In this document: positions 18,284 through 28,157 of the stretch, piece by piece | How positions within the stretch are numbered: the first letter of the stretch is position 1 | Layout: the number at the start of each line of letters is the position of its first letter | From: a virus | IMG/VR virus record: IMGVR_UViG_3300045988_183652 | Location: 1-64,000 of that record | Direction: 5' to 3' (one strand) | DNA: 64,000 bases | Notes under the pieces: model-generated | Databases searched by the model: none | Seen by the model: the letters and a program-made list of their open reading frames with translations, nothing else | What the model was told of the DNA's origin: nothing | Program-made: the position numbers and the translations under genes

Positions 18284-20509
18284 TTAGACCTTCAGCCGTT
18301 TCTTGACGATTTTGACCATTGCCTTGGGGAAGGTGGACAGGTCAGTAATGTCAAGGAACTGGTCGCCGTAAATCTTCTTGAGGTACGCTTTGTCGTCGCC
18401 AATAGCTGCTGCAACAATCTCAACACCGCGCCGGCGATTGCGGGCTACGATGTCCTTGATATCCTTCGCCGCAGAATCTCCACCATAGGAATCGTCGTTC
18501 GGCTTACCGTCCGAGATGATAATGAGGAGCTTCGTGCGCTCAGGTCTCGCATTCAGCAGATTCGCAACGACCTCCAGTGCTGCACCGTCGCGGTTACAGC
18601 CTCCAGTGGAGAGCTTGGCAAGGCGATACTTGTCACGCTTACCGGCCTTCAGGAAGTCTGTGTAGACGAACAGGTTGACCCTACCATGCATGGTCACATT
18701 GTGACCGTACACAGCGACAGGAACATGAACACGCTCTGCAAAGTCATGCAGGAGCATGGTAGCCTTCATAGCGGCGCCCATGCGCTGTCCGTACATCGAG
18801 CCAGACTGGTCAACCAGCACGGAAACTGCCATATCGGGCAGGTCCTGCGGCAACTTTGTGTCGCTGAAGAACCGGCAATCCGGACGCCACATTTCACTTG
18901 CAACGATATCTCTACCGTACATTCGGTTTCTGCGGACATCGCCGTCCTGCAGGTCCTTCAACTCCTGCTGCATCAGCTTTGCCAGACGCTTGGAATACTG
19001 CGACACATCCTCCATCATTTCACCGTAGAGCTTGATGTTGGAAGGTGTTACTTCAACCTCGCGTTTGACGTCGATGCTATGGCCCTTGTGCGTAGAGCTA
19101 CGGTCCATGATGTCAACATCAGCGATGATTTGAGACTTCAAATCCTGCTCCATCTGTGCTTCGGCCATGTTTCCGGCAACGGAGGAAATAATGGTCTGCA
19201 GGACATTCGCCAACATACTGTCGGCTTGCGCCTGCTTTCCGTTTTTATCCTGTCCATCGCCGCTCTTGCCGGCCACAGCAGCGGGGACGTTGCCCTTATT
19301 GGCATCATTCCCGCCGGAACCACTACCGCTGTCGTTTTTCTTGCCCTTCTTCTTGTCGGCAGACTGGGCATCCTTGGTAGCTTGCTTGGCTACGTTGGAC
19401 GCCTTCTGGTTCTGAGGCATCTGAGAACCACCGCCATTCTGTGCGCCCTGAGCAATTTGCTGGAGCACCTGCTGAATGGCATTGGTGCTGGGCTGGGAGA
19501 TGCCTCCGCCGCCCTGCTGCTGGTTCTGACTGCCTTGACCACCGCCGGAAGAGGACTGGCCCTGCTGCCCACCCTGACCGTTCTGGTCGGAGCCGGACTG
19601 CTGACCTTGCCCCTGCTGGCCTTGGCCTGCCTGAGCATTCTGCTGCTTGTCACACTTATCTATTGCATCCTTGATGTAAGGCCACATAAAGAGAAGCATC
19701 ACATTGATTTGAGCATACAGCTCTTTCGGGTTATCCGTGTTGGTGGCAAGCTCAATGGCCTGTGAGATGTCTGTCAGCTTCTTGGCGTACTCATTGGTAT
19801 AGAGCGTCTGCTCATCCGCAACGAGGATTTCACCAAACCGTGCAAACTGAAGTACAAGGCTTGTCATAATGGACAAAGGCTCTTTCTTGTTGTTCACATA
19901 GCCCTCAAGCGTCTTGAGTTGACCCTGAATGGAAGATGCCACCATCTCAATGCTGCGAGAGACGATGCCACCATAGTAATCGCTCATGCGTTCCTCATCG
20001 TGTGCGTCGATGATACAGTTGATGAGTTCATCTCGCAGCGTCTTGAACACCTCTCGGTATTCAGGGTGCTTTAGAGCTTCCTTCATCTCATCCAGCTCTG
20101 TTTCATCGTCCGGCTCAGGCATTCGTCCGTAAAGTGTGCCGTTTTCCTTCAACTCCCTGTCTGCCAGCACGTCGGCGCGGAAGTCATGGAATCGAATGTG
20201 AGCCAACTCGTGATAGACGTTACCCATGACCGTTGCGAAACGGGAGGAGGGGAGCTTATACCACCTTATGACGCCATTCGCCGTATTCTGATAAAGATTG
20301 TTCCCATCAGTTAAGGCGGTGATGTCAGATTTCGGGTCATGCATCAGGGAGACAGAAATGTGTTTATCGAGGTCTTTTGTCATCGAATCGACCGTGGCCT
20401 GTACGTGGCTCCGAAATGCTTCGCTGGTGTAAATGTCAGCATCTGTGAGTTTTTCGCTCATTTCCTTGGCGCCTACGCGGATTTGCCTCCAGATAGATTT
20501 CTGGTTCAT
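18284..20509 (-). CDS. HExxH metallopeptidase-like + Q/G-rich linker + C-terminal von Willebrand factor A domain protein (CobT/CoxE-like)
   Basis: VYHELAH motif at ~aa 100. Low-complexity QGQQGQGQQSGSDQNGQGGQQGQSSSGGGQG linker. vWA MIDAS-like DQSGSM...TGG at the C-terminus. Confidence 0.6.
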   Translation of the reverse strand: MNQKSIWRQIRVGAKEMSEKLTDADIYTSEAFRSHVQATVDSMTKDLDKHISVSLMHDPKSDITALTDGNNLYQNTANGVIRWYKLPSSRFATVMGNVYHELAHIRFHDFRADVLADRELKENGTLYGRMPEPDDETELDEMKEALKHPEYREVFKTLRDELINCIIDAHDEERMSDYYGGIVSRSIEMVASSIQGQLKTLEGYVNNKKEPLSIMTSLVLQFARFGEILVADEQTLYTNEYAKKLTDISQAIELATNTDNPKELYAQINVMLLFMWPYIKDAIDKCDKQQNAQAGQGQQGQGQQSGSDQNGQGGQQGQSSSGGGQGSQNQQQGGGGISQPSTNAIQQVLQQIAQGAQNGGGSQMPQNQKASNVAKQATKDAQSADKKKGKKNDSGSGSGGNDANKGNVPAAVAGKSGDGQDKNGKQAQADSMLANVLQTIISSVAGNMAEAQMEQDLKSQIIADVDIMDRSSTHKGHSIDVKREVEVTPSNIKLYGEMMEDVSQYSKRLAKLMQQELKDLQDGDVRRNRMYGRDIVASEMWRPDCRFFSDTKLPQDLPDMAVSVLVDQSGSMYGQRMGAAMKATMLLHDFAERVHVPVAVYGHNVTMHGRVNLFVYTDFLKAGKRDKYRLAKLSTGGCNRDGAALEVVANLLNARPERTKLLIIISDGKPNDDSYGGDSAAKDIKDIVARNRRRGVEIVAAAIGDDKAYLKKIYGDQFLDITDLSTFPKAMVKIVKKRLKV

Positions 20510-20526
20510 GCGTCAACTCTCCTTTC

Positions 20527-20949
20527 TTACTTTTTCCGGTTCTTGAAAATTTCAACGGTAAATTCGAGGCAGAAGTCTGCCACCTGCAGGCGGTCGGTGG
20601 AATCTCCGGTAAAAACAGGTCCGATTCCATTTGCTGCCGCCATCCGGTTAATGATATTGCAGCTATCGCAAGCAGCGTCATGGTAGCATTTACGGAGCCT
20701 GTCGATGGTCTGCAATGCGTCGCGGAGGTCTTCGCCCTCAAGACGGTTGTGAGCAATGATGATGCGGGTCTCACCCATATCAACTGTGTTCACATAGTCG
20801 AGGAAGGCAGCGCATCGCCCTTCAAGGCTCTCAAGCAGCTTATCTGCATTGGGAATACCCTTCTTGACGCATTCGCCGACCTTGGCGCAGAGCGCGTTGT
20901 AATTTTCACGATTGAAAAAGTTGATGTTGTTATAGTTCTTAGTCATGGT
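20527..20949 (-). CDS. hypothetical protein
   Basis: Start reassigned to ATG 20949 (MTKNYNN...) with AAAGGAG RBS. The longer track ORF to 21252 would overlap the ATPase gene by 230 nt. Confidence 0.45.
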   Translation of the reverse strand, partial: TMTKNYNNINFFNRENYNALCAKVGECVKKGIPNADKLLESLEGRCAAFLDYVNTVDMGETRIIIAHNRLEGEDLRDALQTIDRLRKCYHDAACDSCNIINRMAAANGIGPVFTGDSTDRLQVADFCLEFTVEIFKNRKK

Positions 20950-21022
20950 GCTTTTTTCTCCTTTCTTTCTTATCCGAAAAGAAAGAAAAGAGGCACCATG
21001 CCTCTTTTCTCCTTTCGGACCC

Positions 21023-22888
21023 TTATGCCACCTTGCTGATGACTTGTGCTGCGTTGGAACGAATTTCGTTCTGTTCAACGGGGTCGTTCGTGCATTTCGA
21101 GATGAGGCACGTGTCAATATACTTTTCAAGATTTGCCAGATAGCGGTCATCACACTGCACGCAGCACACGAGGGATTCGAGCTCGCAGATGGTGCAAGAA
21201 CCCTCAGTGATTTCCTTGTCTGCACAGTAGCTGCGAATCTGCTCGTACACATCGTAGAGCGCGTACAATGTTCTGTCGTCGCGGCTCCAGCCGGTGTTGT
21301 ACTTGATGCGCTCCAGCATGGCTTTCTTCTCGATTTCCGTACTGTCGAAAATCATACGGCAGCGACGGAGAACCGACTGGTCAATGGGGCGGCAGGAAGC
21401 ATATCCGACGTTATCTGTGAATACCACAACGGCGTCCTTCTGGCGATAGGTAAATCCACCATCTACCAGAGGAATCATAGCTCCCGGCAAATCGTACTGG
21501 TTCAGCGCGACCATAACACCGGAATCCTTGATTCGGCTGACCTCCTGAATCTCGCAGATGTATCCGCGAGAAACGGCCTTCACAAAAGCGGATTCAACCA
21601 CCTTCACGGGGGAAGTGCAGCCGGCACGTGCAACCAACAGCTCGGAATACTTTGCAAAGCACTCCTCGGAGGTAATGCCCGTGCCATCTTCTCCTGTCAT
21701 GTTGTTCCACGCAGATTCGGGGTCGAAGGAAATCTCCTCAAAGGAGGGGAGTTCTCCTCGTACCGCATCCACAGGATTGCAGGGAACGAACTCGGAAATC
21801 AAGTCCTTTGCCAACATATCAGTATGACAGGTCAGCTCCAAACGGGGGGTGTGCAGGATGCACGCCAACACCTTCGTACCGGTAGACTTGCCGTAACCGG
21901 TGATACCGCGCCACAGGAAGTTGCGGAACGGAACGCGCATATTAGACGTTGCGACGATTTTATCTGCGATTTCGATTACCTCCGGCTGGACCTTGAAGTC
22001 GTCGTCAAAGGTGGGAATCAGCAGTTCTTCGTCTTGCGTCCACGTATGTGTGTTTGTCCATGCAGCATATCTGAGCTTGGCATCCTTCACGGTCATGCTC
22101 TTTTCAGACGAGCCGGCGTTTGAGGCCATGGTGCCACCGATAATGGTCGGGGAGCCAACGATGACGGTGCCGTTAAAGGCTCCGCTGTTTACCTTCTGCC
22201 GGGTCAGAATGTTCATATTGCCGTTCTGGATATTGAGAGGGATTTTTCCGTCTTCACAACCGTAGTAGAACATATCACTGAATGTGTAGAGAAAGTCTCT
22301 CGCATCAGGAATCTCATCCATATGGTTGCCCCAGTCGGCGGGGTACTTGGTGCTCAGGTCAAGGATGTCCGTCTGTACCTGCTTGAGCTCCACATTGTTT
22401 GCGACAACAGCCAGTTCAGGTGCGCCGTAATACGTTGCGAGGGTGAACGGGGTCATCGCAAGGAAAGCACCGCTCAGGTCGAGAGTGTCCGACTCCGAGC
22501 CAATAGACGGGGTTCCCGCCCACTGTCCGGAAGGTGCCGCTGACGCAGCCGCCAGCTTACCTACTGCCGGCGCATTCGTTTGAATGACCGTCTTGTAGGT
22601 GAAAAGATACGTCCTCGATTCCGTGGCGTCTCGATATTCCGCGCTCCACAGGTTATCAGAAACCTGCAAAAGAGCGTAGTCATCGACAAAATTGGGAATT
22701 CCCAGATACGCCAAAAGAGCTCTGGTCGCATAGTTGTGAAGGGTAGAATACCCCTTTGCAGAGGGGCGCTTGGGAGCACTCCATTTGGACACCGTACTTG
22801 TGTTTCTATTGGGAAGCGAGTTCAGCCCGTACGGAAGGGTACTGATATCGAACCCTTTCTTCCCTCGGAAGAGTACACAGTTTGCCAT
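21023..22888 (-). CDS. AAA+ ATPase (AAA_5 / MoxR-CobS-like)
   Basis: Walker A GITGYGKSTGTK; sensor region CRPIDQSVLRRC; 621 aa; directly upstream of the vWA gene in the same operon. Confidence 0.6.
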   Translation of the reverse strand: MANCVLFRGKKGFDISTLPYGLNSLPNRNTSTVSKWSAPKRPSAKGYSTLHNYATRALLAYLGIPNFVDDYALLQVSDNLWSAEYRDATESRTYLFTYKTVIQTNAPAVGKLAAASAAPSGQWAGTPSIGSESDTLDLSGAFLAMTPFTLATYYGAPELAVVANNVELKQVQTDILDLSTKYPADWGNHMDEIPDARDFLYTFSDMFYYGCEDGKIPLNIQNGNMNILTRQKVNSGAFNGTVIVGSPTIIGGTMASNAGSSEKSMTVKDAKLRYAAWTNTHTWTQDEELLIPTFDDDFKVQPEVIEIADKIVATSNMRVPFRNFLWRGITGYGKSTGTKVLACILHTPRLELTCHTDMLAKDLISEFVPCNPVDAVRGELPSFEEISFDPESAWNNMTGEDGTGITSEECFAKYSELLVARAGCTSPVKVVESAFVKAVSRGYICEIQEVSRIKDSGVMVALNQYDLPGAMIPLVDGGFTYRQKDAVVVFTDNVGYASCRPIDQSVLRRCRMIFDSTEIEKKAMLERIKYNTGWSRDDRTLYALYDVYEQIRSYCADKEITEGSCTICELESLVCCVQCDDRYLANLEKYIDTCLISKCTNDPVEQNEIRSNAAQVISKVA

Positions 22889-22959
22889 GATGTTTTCTCC
22901 TTTCTCCCAGCCTGTGATAAGGACTTACGGGAAACCAAAATAAAATGTATATATAGAAA

Positions 22960-23095
22960 AAGACAATCACTGCCCGAAAAGGGAAGTGATTGTCTGAATT
23001 TGTGATGTGACTTGAAAAACGGAGATAAAACTCCTTATAAAAATATCTTCGTAATTATACTATTATACTACCACGTTTCGCTATTTTGTCAACAG
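22960..23095 (-). promoter_or_regulatory. promoter + leader-hairpin cassette M1 (family-1)
   Basis: Minus strand: TTGACA-N16-TAGTATAATAGTATAAT, then GGAGTTTTATCTCC hairpin, then the hairpin GACAATCACTTCCC-ttttc-GGGCAGTGATTGTC + U-rich tract before the RBS. Homologous cassettes are M2-M6. Confidence 0.55.
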
Positions 23096-23107
23096 CAGCA
23101 ACGTAAA

Positions 23108-23140
23108 AAAAGAAGCTCCCGAAGGAGCTTCTTTTGAAAT
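23108..23140 (-). terminator. terminator of operon 2
   Basis: GAAGCTCC-cgaa-GGAGCTTC hairpin with T7 on minus strand. Confidence 0.6.
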
Positions 23141-23159
23141 TTAGTTTTTTATCTTGCTT

Positions 23160-23801
23160 TTAGCATTCCCTTTTAACCATGCGCTCCTGATACTCCTTCA
23201 GAACCCTTTGGCCGTACCCATCAGCGTCGTTGCGATAATCCAAGGAAAACGCTGCGAAGGCGTCTCGCAGTACGGCGGCGCTTCTGGAAATGGTCAGGAG
23301 CAGTTCATCTTCCTGATGGCTCATTGCGGAGAGCGTGTTGTCGAAATCATCATGGTACTGAGCCGTCCAAGCGGTCGTAAATGTACCATCATCATCCCAA
23401 ATCCACAAAGGGTCATTATGCTGCCCTTTTGCCTTGTAGAGTATATCCGTGCAATGCGACACATGGACGATATACTCGCACAGCGCAAAGTACAACTCGT
23501 GGTAGGCTTTGATGGATTTCTGCTTGCTCTCACAGTCGCTGCGGAACAAAATACCGGAAATCAGGAGATGGGCGTAGTTCTGTTCGACGAAGCCGTATAA
23601 CTCAGCCAGTTCGCGCTTCCGCAGAACCAGTTCCGCCGCGTCTTGCGGCAGGTCAGACAGCTTCGGACGAACCTGTAAGGACGCACCCATCCCGACGATT
23701 GCGGCAATGGCTTCAGCCGCTTTCTCATAGCGGTTGATATACAGAATGGTCTCTCTTATCTTCGGTATAACAAAATGGCGAATGTCGGAAGTATCCAGCA
23801 T
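23160..23801 (-). CDS. hypothetical protein
   Basis: Start moved to ATG 23801 (MLDTSD...) with AAAGGAGGG RBS; the track start at 24002 overlaps the upstream gene. Confidence 0.45.
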   Translation of the reverse strand: MLDTSDIRHFVIPKIRETILYINRYEKAAEAIAAIVGMGASLQVRPKLSDLPQDAAELVLRKRELAELYGFVEQNYAHLLISGILFRSDCESKQKSIKAYHELYFALCEYIVHVSHCTDILYKAKGQHNDPLWIWDDDGTFTTAWTAQYHDDFDNTLSAMSHQEDELLLTISRSAAVLRDAFAAFSLDYRNDADGYGQRVLKEYQERMVKREC

Positions 23802-23826
23802 TTTCGTTTGTCCCTCCTTTCGTGGC

Positions 23827-24888
23827 TTAAATGGAGCAAGTAAATGTGTCATTGCAGCCAGACTTTTCCGTCTCTTTTTCCCATGCCTCAGTAATCTTGT
23901 TGCTGGGAGCGCCGGATGCCTTCTTCCATACAATAGTATCACCGCTGACTTCCAGCGCATCATCGCAAAAGACAAGCGAATTAAAGGTATGCTCGTCTTC
24001 ATAGAGTGCCAGATGCATCGGGTTCAGCATGACTGCGCCTTCCGTCAGCAGCATACGGGCCCAGAGCTGGTATTCAAGAGACCAGCGGGACGTTTCCGTC
24101 GGCAGGTCGCCATACAGCTCGTCCAGCTTTCGCAGGATGGAGGCGCAAATCACGCAGCCTGCGGGAGTTCCGTGATGCGTACCGAGATACGGCAGCTTGG
24201 CGAAGAATAGGGGACTCTCAGCATACTCGTCTTCCGCATAGGCGTAAAACGTTAGCTCCATGTCCGCTGCTGCGAAGAACCGGTCGGGAAGGATATCCTT
24301 CACTTTGCAGTTGCTCCAGACAACATCATCCGAAAGGAATCTGAAGCCAAGAGGCTCCGTCCTATCAGGTGTGAGGTACTTCCGTGCCATATGTCGGACG
24401 AGGGCAACGAAACCCAGCTCATGCCGCAGCGTCGGCACATCGTCAAAGATTCTGTGAATGTTTGCCCACAGCTTCTCTTCGCTTCGTTCCACGCACTCGA
24501 AAAAGAGTTTGCAGGACGACCCGTGTGTGAACACGACACTCAGGGTCACGAGCCAAGGTGCGAAATCATCAGGCTTCAGAACATACTCTTTCTGCCCAGT
24601 ACAGGCGACCGGCACAAACCAACCACCCGCACGAGCTTCGCTATACGAAGCGTCCTCCGCAGCATAGGCGGTTGTTCTGAAGGCATCGTCGGTGTCCTTA
24701 TCGGGAATTTCAATGGCATCGCCCTTGCAGATACACTTGAAGGGGACATACATTTCCACCTCTCTAATGCCGTCGCCATCTGTATCATCCGTATCACGGC
24801 AGTAACGCACGATATGGACTAATACGTTCTCGTCGCAATGCAGCTTTCGCTTGTTCGAAATTAGATTATCCATGTTTTCTCCTTTCAA
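23827..24888 (-). CDS. hypothetical protein, paralog 1 of tandem pair
   Basis: 353 aa; shares ELTFYAYAEDEYAESPLFFAKLP...LEYQLWARMLLTEGAVMLNP with the adjacent 344-aa gene. Confidence 0.5.
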   Translation of the reverse strand: MKGENMDNLISNKRKLHCDENVLVHIVRYCRDTDDTDGDGIREVEMYVPFKCICKGDAIEIPDKDTDDAFRTTAYAAEDASYSEARAGGWFVPVACTGQKEYVLKPDDFAPWLVTLSVVFTHGSSCKLFFECVERSEEKLWANIHRIFDDVPTLRHELGFVALVRHMARKYLTPDRTEPLGFRFLSDDVVWSNCKVKDILPDRFFAAADMELTFYAYAEDEYAESPLFFAKLPYLGTHHGTPAGCVICASILRKLDELYGDLPTETSRWSLEYQLWARMLLTEGAVMLNPMHLALYEDEHTFNSLVFCDDALEVSGDTIVWKKASGAPSNKITEAWEKETEKSGCNDTFTCSI

Positions 24889-24890
24889 CG

Positions 24891-25925
24891 TCAGCCAGTT
24901 ACGATGCAGGTAAAAGCCTCATCGCCGGACTCACTCATGTCATTCTCCCACGCCTCGGCGATTACGCTGATAGGTGTTTTGACAGCCTTTGTCCACGCAA
25001 TACCGTCACCGCTGTCTTCCAGCATTTTATTACCGAAAGCCAGCGTTTTGAATTCGTAGGCGCAGTCGGGGAGGTCGAGGTGCTTCGGATTCAGCATGAC
25101 CGCACCTTCTGCCAGCAGCATACGAGCCCAAAGCTGATATTCCAGAGCCCATTTTGTTGTGTCTTCAGGCAGGTCGCCGTACATCTCATCCAGCTTCTGC
25201 AGCAGTTCTGCGATTGCAGCACGTCCCTCAGGCTCGTTGTACCGTTCGCCCAAATCGGGCAGTTTGGCAAAGAACAGAGGAGACGCTGCATACTCGCCGT
25301 CGGAATAGGCGAAGAACGTCAGCTCTATCCCAGAAGAGGCAAGGACCTTTTCTGGAAGGATATCCTTTACATCGCACTTTGCGTGGTTCACACTGTCCGA
25401 GATGAGACGGTATCCGAACTGTTCCGTCCATTCACGGGAGAGTTCCTGCACTGCCATGTCTGCGGCGATAACGGGACGACGCCCACTGTACGTATTTACC
25501 CCATCCTCGAATCTTGTTCGCATATTGCTGATGATGTCTTTGGTGTCGCTGAGAACGCTTTCGATAAGAAGCCGACAGCCGCGCCAATCCTCTTCTTCAG
25601 TGATGAGGAGGGATGTGATATATGGTGCAAAATCGGTGGGATAGAGAATCAGCTCAGTCTCATCACCGTCCGCTGTAGCCTTCACAATCCAACCGCACTC
25701 GTTCTCTTCTCGGCATCTTTCCTCGAAATAAGCGTTTGTGAGGGCGGAAAAGTGCAGCTCGCATCCGTCGTCGCCAAAGACACTCACAGAATCGCCATTA
25801 CGGATTTCCTTGAAAGGAACGAATGTGTCCTCGAAACGGTCGTGCTTGGGGTTTTTGCGGGAGACCTTAACCAGCGTGTTCTCGTCGCAGAAAGCTGCGG
25901 CGGCTCTGATAGATGCATTGTTCAT
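24891..25925 (-). CDS. hypothetical protein, paralog 2 of tandem pair
   Basis: 344 aa; ELTFFAYSDGEYAASPLFFAKLP...LEYQLWARMLLAEGAVMLNP. Confidence 0.5.
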   Translation of the reverse strand: MNNASIRAAAAFCDENTLVKVSRKNPKHDRFEDTFVPFKEIRNGDSVSVFGDDGCELHFSALTNAYFEERCREENECGWIVKATADGDETELILYPTDFAPYITSLLITEEEDWRGCRLLIESVLSDTKDIISNMRTRFEDGVNTYSGRRPVIAADMAVQELSREWTEQFGYRLISDSVNHAKCDVKDILPEKVLASSGIELTFFAYSDGEYAASPLFFAKLPDLGERYNEPEGRAAIAELLQKLDEMYGDLPEDTTKWALEYQLWARMLLAEGAVMLNPKHLDLPDCAYEFKTLAFGNKMLEDSGDGIAWTKAVKTPISVIAEAWENDMSESGDEAFTCIVTG

Positions 25926-25989
25926 AGTTTTCTCCTTTCTTTTTGTGAAAGCAGGGGAGAGGCAGAGTGCCTCTCCCGCTGTCTTTGAT

Positions 25990-26199
25990 TTAACCGGTTA
26001 TGACCGCTACAATAACCAAAACAATGGTGAGCGCAATAGTGCCAAAGGCAGCCGGAAGCATTTCTGGCTGGTCTGATTTTTTTGCGGCTATGACTGAGAC
26101 GACCATTGCGGCGATGATGAGAACGACATAGGCTATAAACAAGGGGTTCGTCAGCATTTTGAACACGTCTTTCTCACCTCCGTTAATACCACCGAACAA
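25990..26199 (-). CDS. small 2-TM membrane protein
   Basis: 69 aa, hydrophobic. Confidence 0.35.
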   Translation of the reverse strand: MFGGINGGEKDVFKMLTNPLFIAYVVLIIAAMVVSVIAAKKSDQPEMLPAAFGTIALTIVLVIVAVITG

Positions 26200-26392
26200 G
26201 TGCGAACAGTTCCACCATAATAACGCCCACAGAAACGCTGCAGACGATTGGCGGCAAGAGGTCCTGTGTGTCCAGTCTCCTTATGCCAAGGAATATGCCG
26301 CACATCACGAGAATGGTCAGAGCGAAGTAAAGAATAATCGACATTAGAGTTACTCCACCTCGCTCTTTTCCAGCTCGGAAAGGTTGTAGCAT
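26183..26392 (-). CDS. small 2-TM membrane protein
   Basis: 69 aa, hydrophobic; overlaps its neighbour by 17 nt. Confidence 0.35.
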   Translation of the reverse strand: MLQPFRAGKERGGVTLMSIILYFALTILVMCGIFLGIRRLDTQDLLPPIVCSVSVGVIMVELFALVRWY

Positions 26393-26991
26393 TCAAATCC
26401 GCAGGTCATGCAGTGATACGGACCGTAGGGGTCAGACGACTCGTAAATGTTAGATTCGATTTCGTCGTTGATATTTCCGAGGAAATCTCCCGTTTCGATG
26501 TCAACCAACACATCAATGTGGAGAACCTGATGACCAGAGAAAGATACGCCACCACAGTTGGGGCAGCAGCGGGTATACACCTTCTGCTCCCGCTCTGATG
26601 TACCAGATTCGATGTCTTCAAACGCTTCGGCGAGTGTGAGAAGCATCTCGTTGATTTCCTTGGCGTCCTCGACAAGCACTGACAGCTTCGGAACGCCTGA
26701 CGTGCCCTTTACGGAAGCCTCCGCAAACAGAGCGACGTGCTCGTCAACGTCGAAGTCCTCGTAGACGCGGCGCACAGCAGCGGCCACTCCATCGCCGAAA
26801 TCATCATCGGCGTACAGGTCAAAGGAGTAGTCCTCGCCGGCAGGCGACCCCTGTCTGAACGTGAACACACCACAGACCTTGTCTTCGTCGATGACCCAGC
26901 CCAAATCTTCTGCCTTTTCGCGGTAGTTGACCGGAATCAGGTCAGGAACGCTGGTCTGGACCTCCGCAGCGTTTTTTTGGATATTCTCCAT
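26350..26991 (-). CDS. hypothetical protein with C-terminal zinc ribbon (CCPNCGG...CMTCGF)
   Basis: 213-aa ORF. Confidence 0.45.
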   Translation of the reverse strand: MENIQKNAAEVQTSVPDLIPVNYREKAEDLGWVIDEDKVCGVFTFRQGSPAGEDYSFDLYADDDFGDGVAAAVRRVYEDFDVDEHVALFAEASVKGTSGVPKLSVLVEDAKEINEMLLTLAEAFEDIESGTSEREQKVYTRCCPNCGGVSFSGHQVLHIDVLVDIETGDFLGNINDEIESNIYESSDPYGPYHCMTCGFECYNLSELEKSEVE

Positions 26992-27015
26992 GATTTTTCT
27001 CCTTTCTTTTTTCGT

Positions 27016-27885
27016 TTAGGCCTCGGTGCCGAACACCTTTTTGCAGATAGAGTGGATAGCCACGAACTGTTCCTGAAGCTGTGCCGGCACGAGAGAGAAG
27101 GAGAGTCCTGCGTCGCGCCATACACTATGTCCCGCAAAGGCTTTGTCCCACAGTTCTCCGCGTTCATGCTGTGCCTCCATCAGCCGTTCGTTCTGCTCTT
27201 CCTCTGTGCGCCCAGAAACAATATATTCCTGTGTGAACGCATCAAAAGACGAAGTGCTCATTTCCGTCTGGTCGGTGTACTCAAAGCGGGGATATGTGGA
27301 GTCGATGAAACGGGCTGTCTCTCTGGTGAGATTGAACCCTTTCATGTAGGTACTGCCATTATCGCCCTTGAGGAACAGCAATGATGTCTGCCAATCACGG
27401 GAGACAATTTCGTAGACCTCAGTGATGACGGCAAGCAGATTTTTCTCCTGCTCTACTGTCAATGAAATCTTCCGTTTCTGTGCCTCATTCTGCAGAAGCT
27501 CTTCCGCAGAGCTTCTGACGCTATCCGTCATCGTGAAAGACGGAATCCACTCGTACATCAAAACGCACTTGTGAACGACGTTCGCGGCGATTGACGCAAA
27601 AACAGGCCTGAGTTCCTCGACATTCTCTACAGACTTTTTGGCGAAGATAATGGCGAGCTGGCAGAAGTCAAGTGAGCTGTAGACGGCATCCACGAAGGAT
27701 TTTTTCTGTACTCCTCGAATCTCGTTGCCGAGGTTGACCAACTCTCCAATGTCGGTAGAATTGATGCGCCAAGCGTCAAAGATTTTCGTGCTCATTTCAA
27801 ACACCCGCTTTCTTTCAGCATATCCATGACCTTCTCCAGCACAGGCAGGGGGGCGTTGAAGTTGAAGTTTCTCACCGCCCTGCAA
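27016..27885 (-). CDS. hypothetical protein
   Basis: 289-aa ORF. Confidence 0.45.
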   Translation of the reverse strand: MQGGEKLQLQRPPACAGEGHGYAERKRVFEMSTKIFDAWRINSTDIGELVNLGNEIRGVQKKSFVDAVYSSLDFCQLAIIFAKKSVENVEELRPVFASIAANVVHKCVLMYEWIPSFTMTDSVRSSAEELLQNEAQKRKISLTVEQEKNLLAVITEVYEIVSRDWQTSLLFLKGDNGSTYMKGFNLTRETARFIDSTYPRFEYTDQTEMSTSSFDAFTQEYIVSGRTEEEQNERLMEAQHERGELWDKAFAGHSVWRDAGLSFSLVPAQLQEQFVAIHSICKKVFGTEA

Positions 27886-28157
27886 AGCGTCACACGCAGT
27901 TCCGCTTGCCGAAGGTAATCCTTGGCGGCCTGCTCTGTCTGATACAGCCGGTAGTCCATGCAGTACGTGGTGTTGAGCTGGAAGTAGAGGTTTCGGTTTG
28001 CGTCCTCAAGCGGTGCCTTGTAGTAACGCCGACCGTTATCGTCCGTCAGCCACTTGGTTCCGACCTTGACTGTGACCTCATCCACCACTTTTCCACGCTG
28101 CCTCTCGGCATTGCTGCCGATAACCGTTACGCGGTAAAGTCTCATTTCAGCGGCCAT
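27792..28157 (-). CDS. hypothetical protein
   Basis: 121-aa ORF; the 5' end may be shorter because it overlaps the upstream gene. Confidence 0.35.
   Translation of the reverse strand: MAAEMRLYRVTVIGSNAERQRGKVVDEVTVKVGTKWLTDDNGRRYYKAPLEDANRNLYFQLNTTYCMDYRLYQTEQAAKDYLRQAELRVTLCRAVRNFNFNAPLPVLEKVMDMLKESGCLK

Noticed and set aside
18686-19765. 359-aa plus-strand ORF inside the vWA gene
   Set aside because: It lies antisense across the poly-Q/G low-complexity coding region, and repeats give long spurious frames. The translation is Leu/Gly/Ala low complexity.
20950-21022. Terminator between the AAA+ ATPase and the downstream gene splitting operon 1
   Set aside because: The hairpin AGAAAAGAGGC-accatg-CCTCTTTTCT is present, but the downstream gene has its own RBS inside the hairpin region and no promoter. 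It is more likely an attenuator or RNA-stability element than an operon boundary, so it is not listed as a separate terminator feature.
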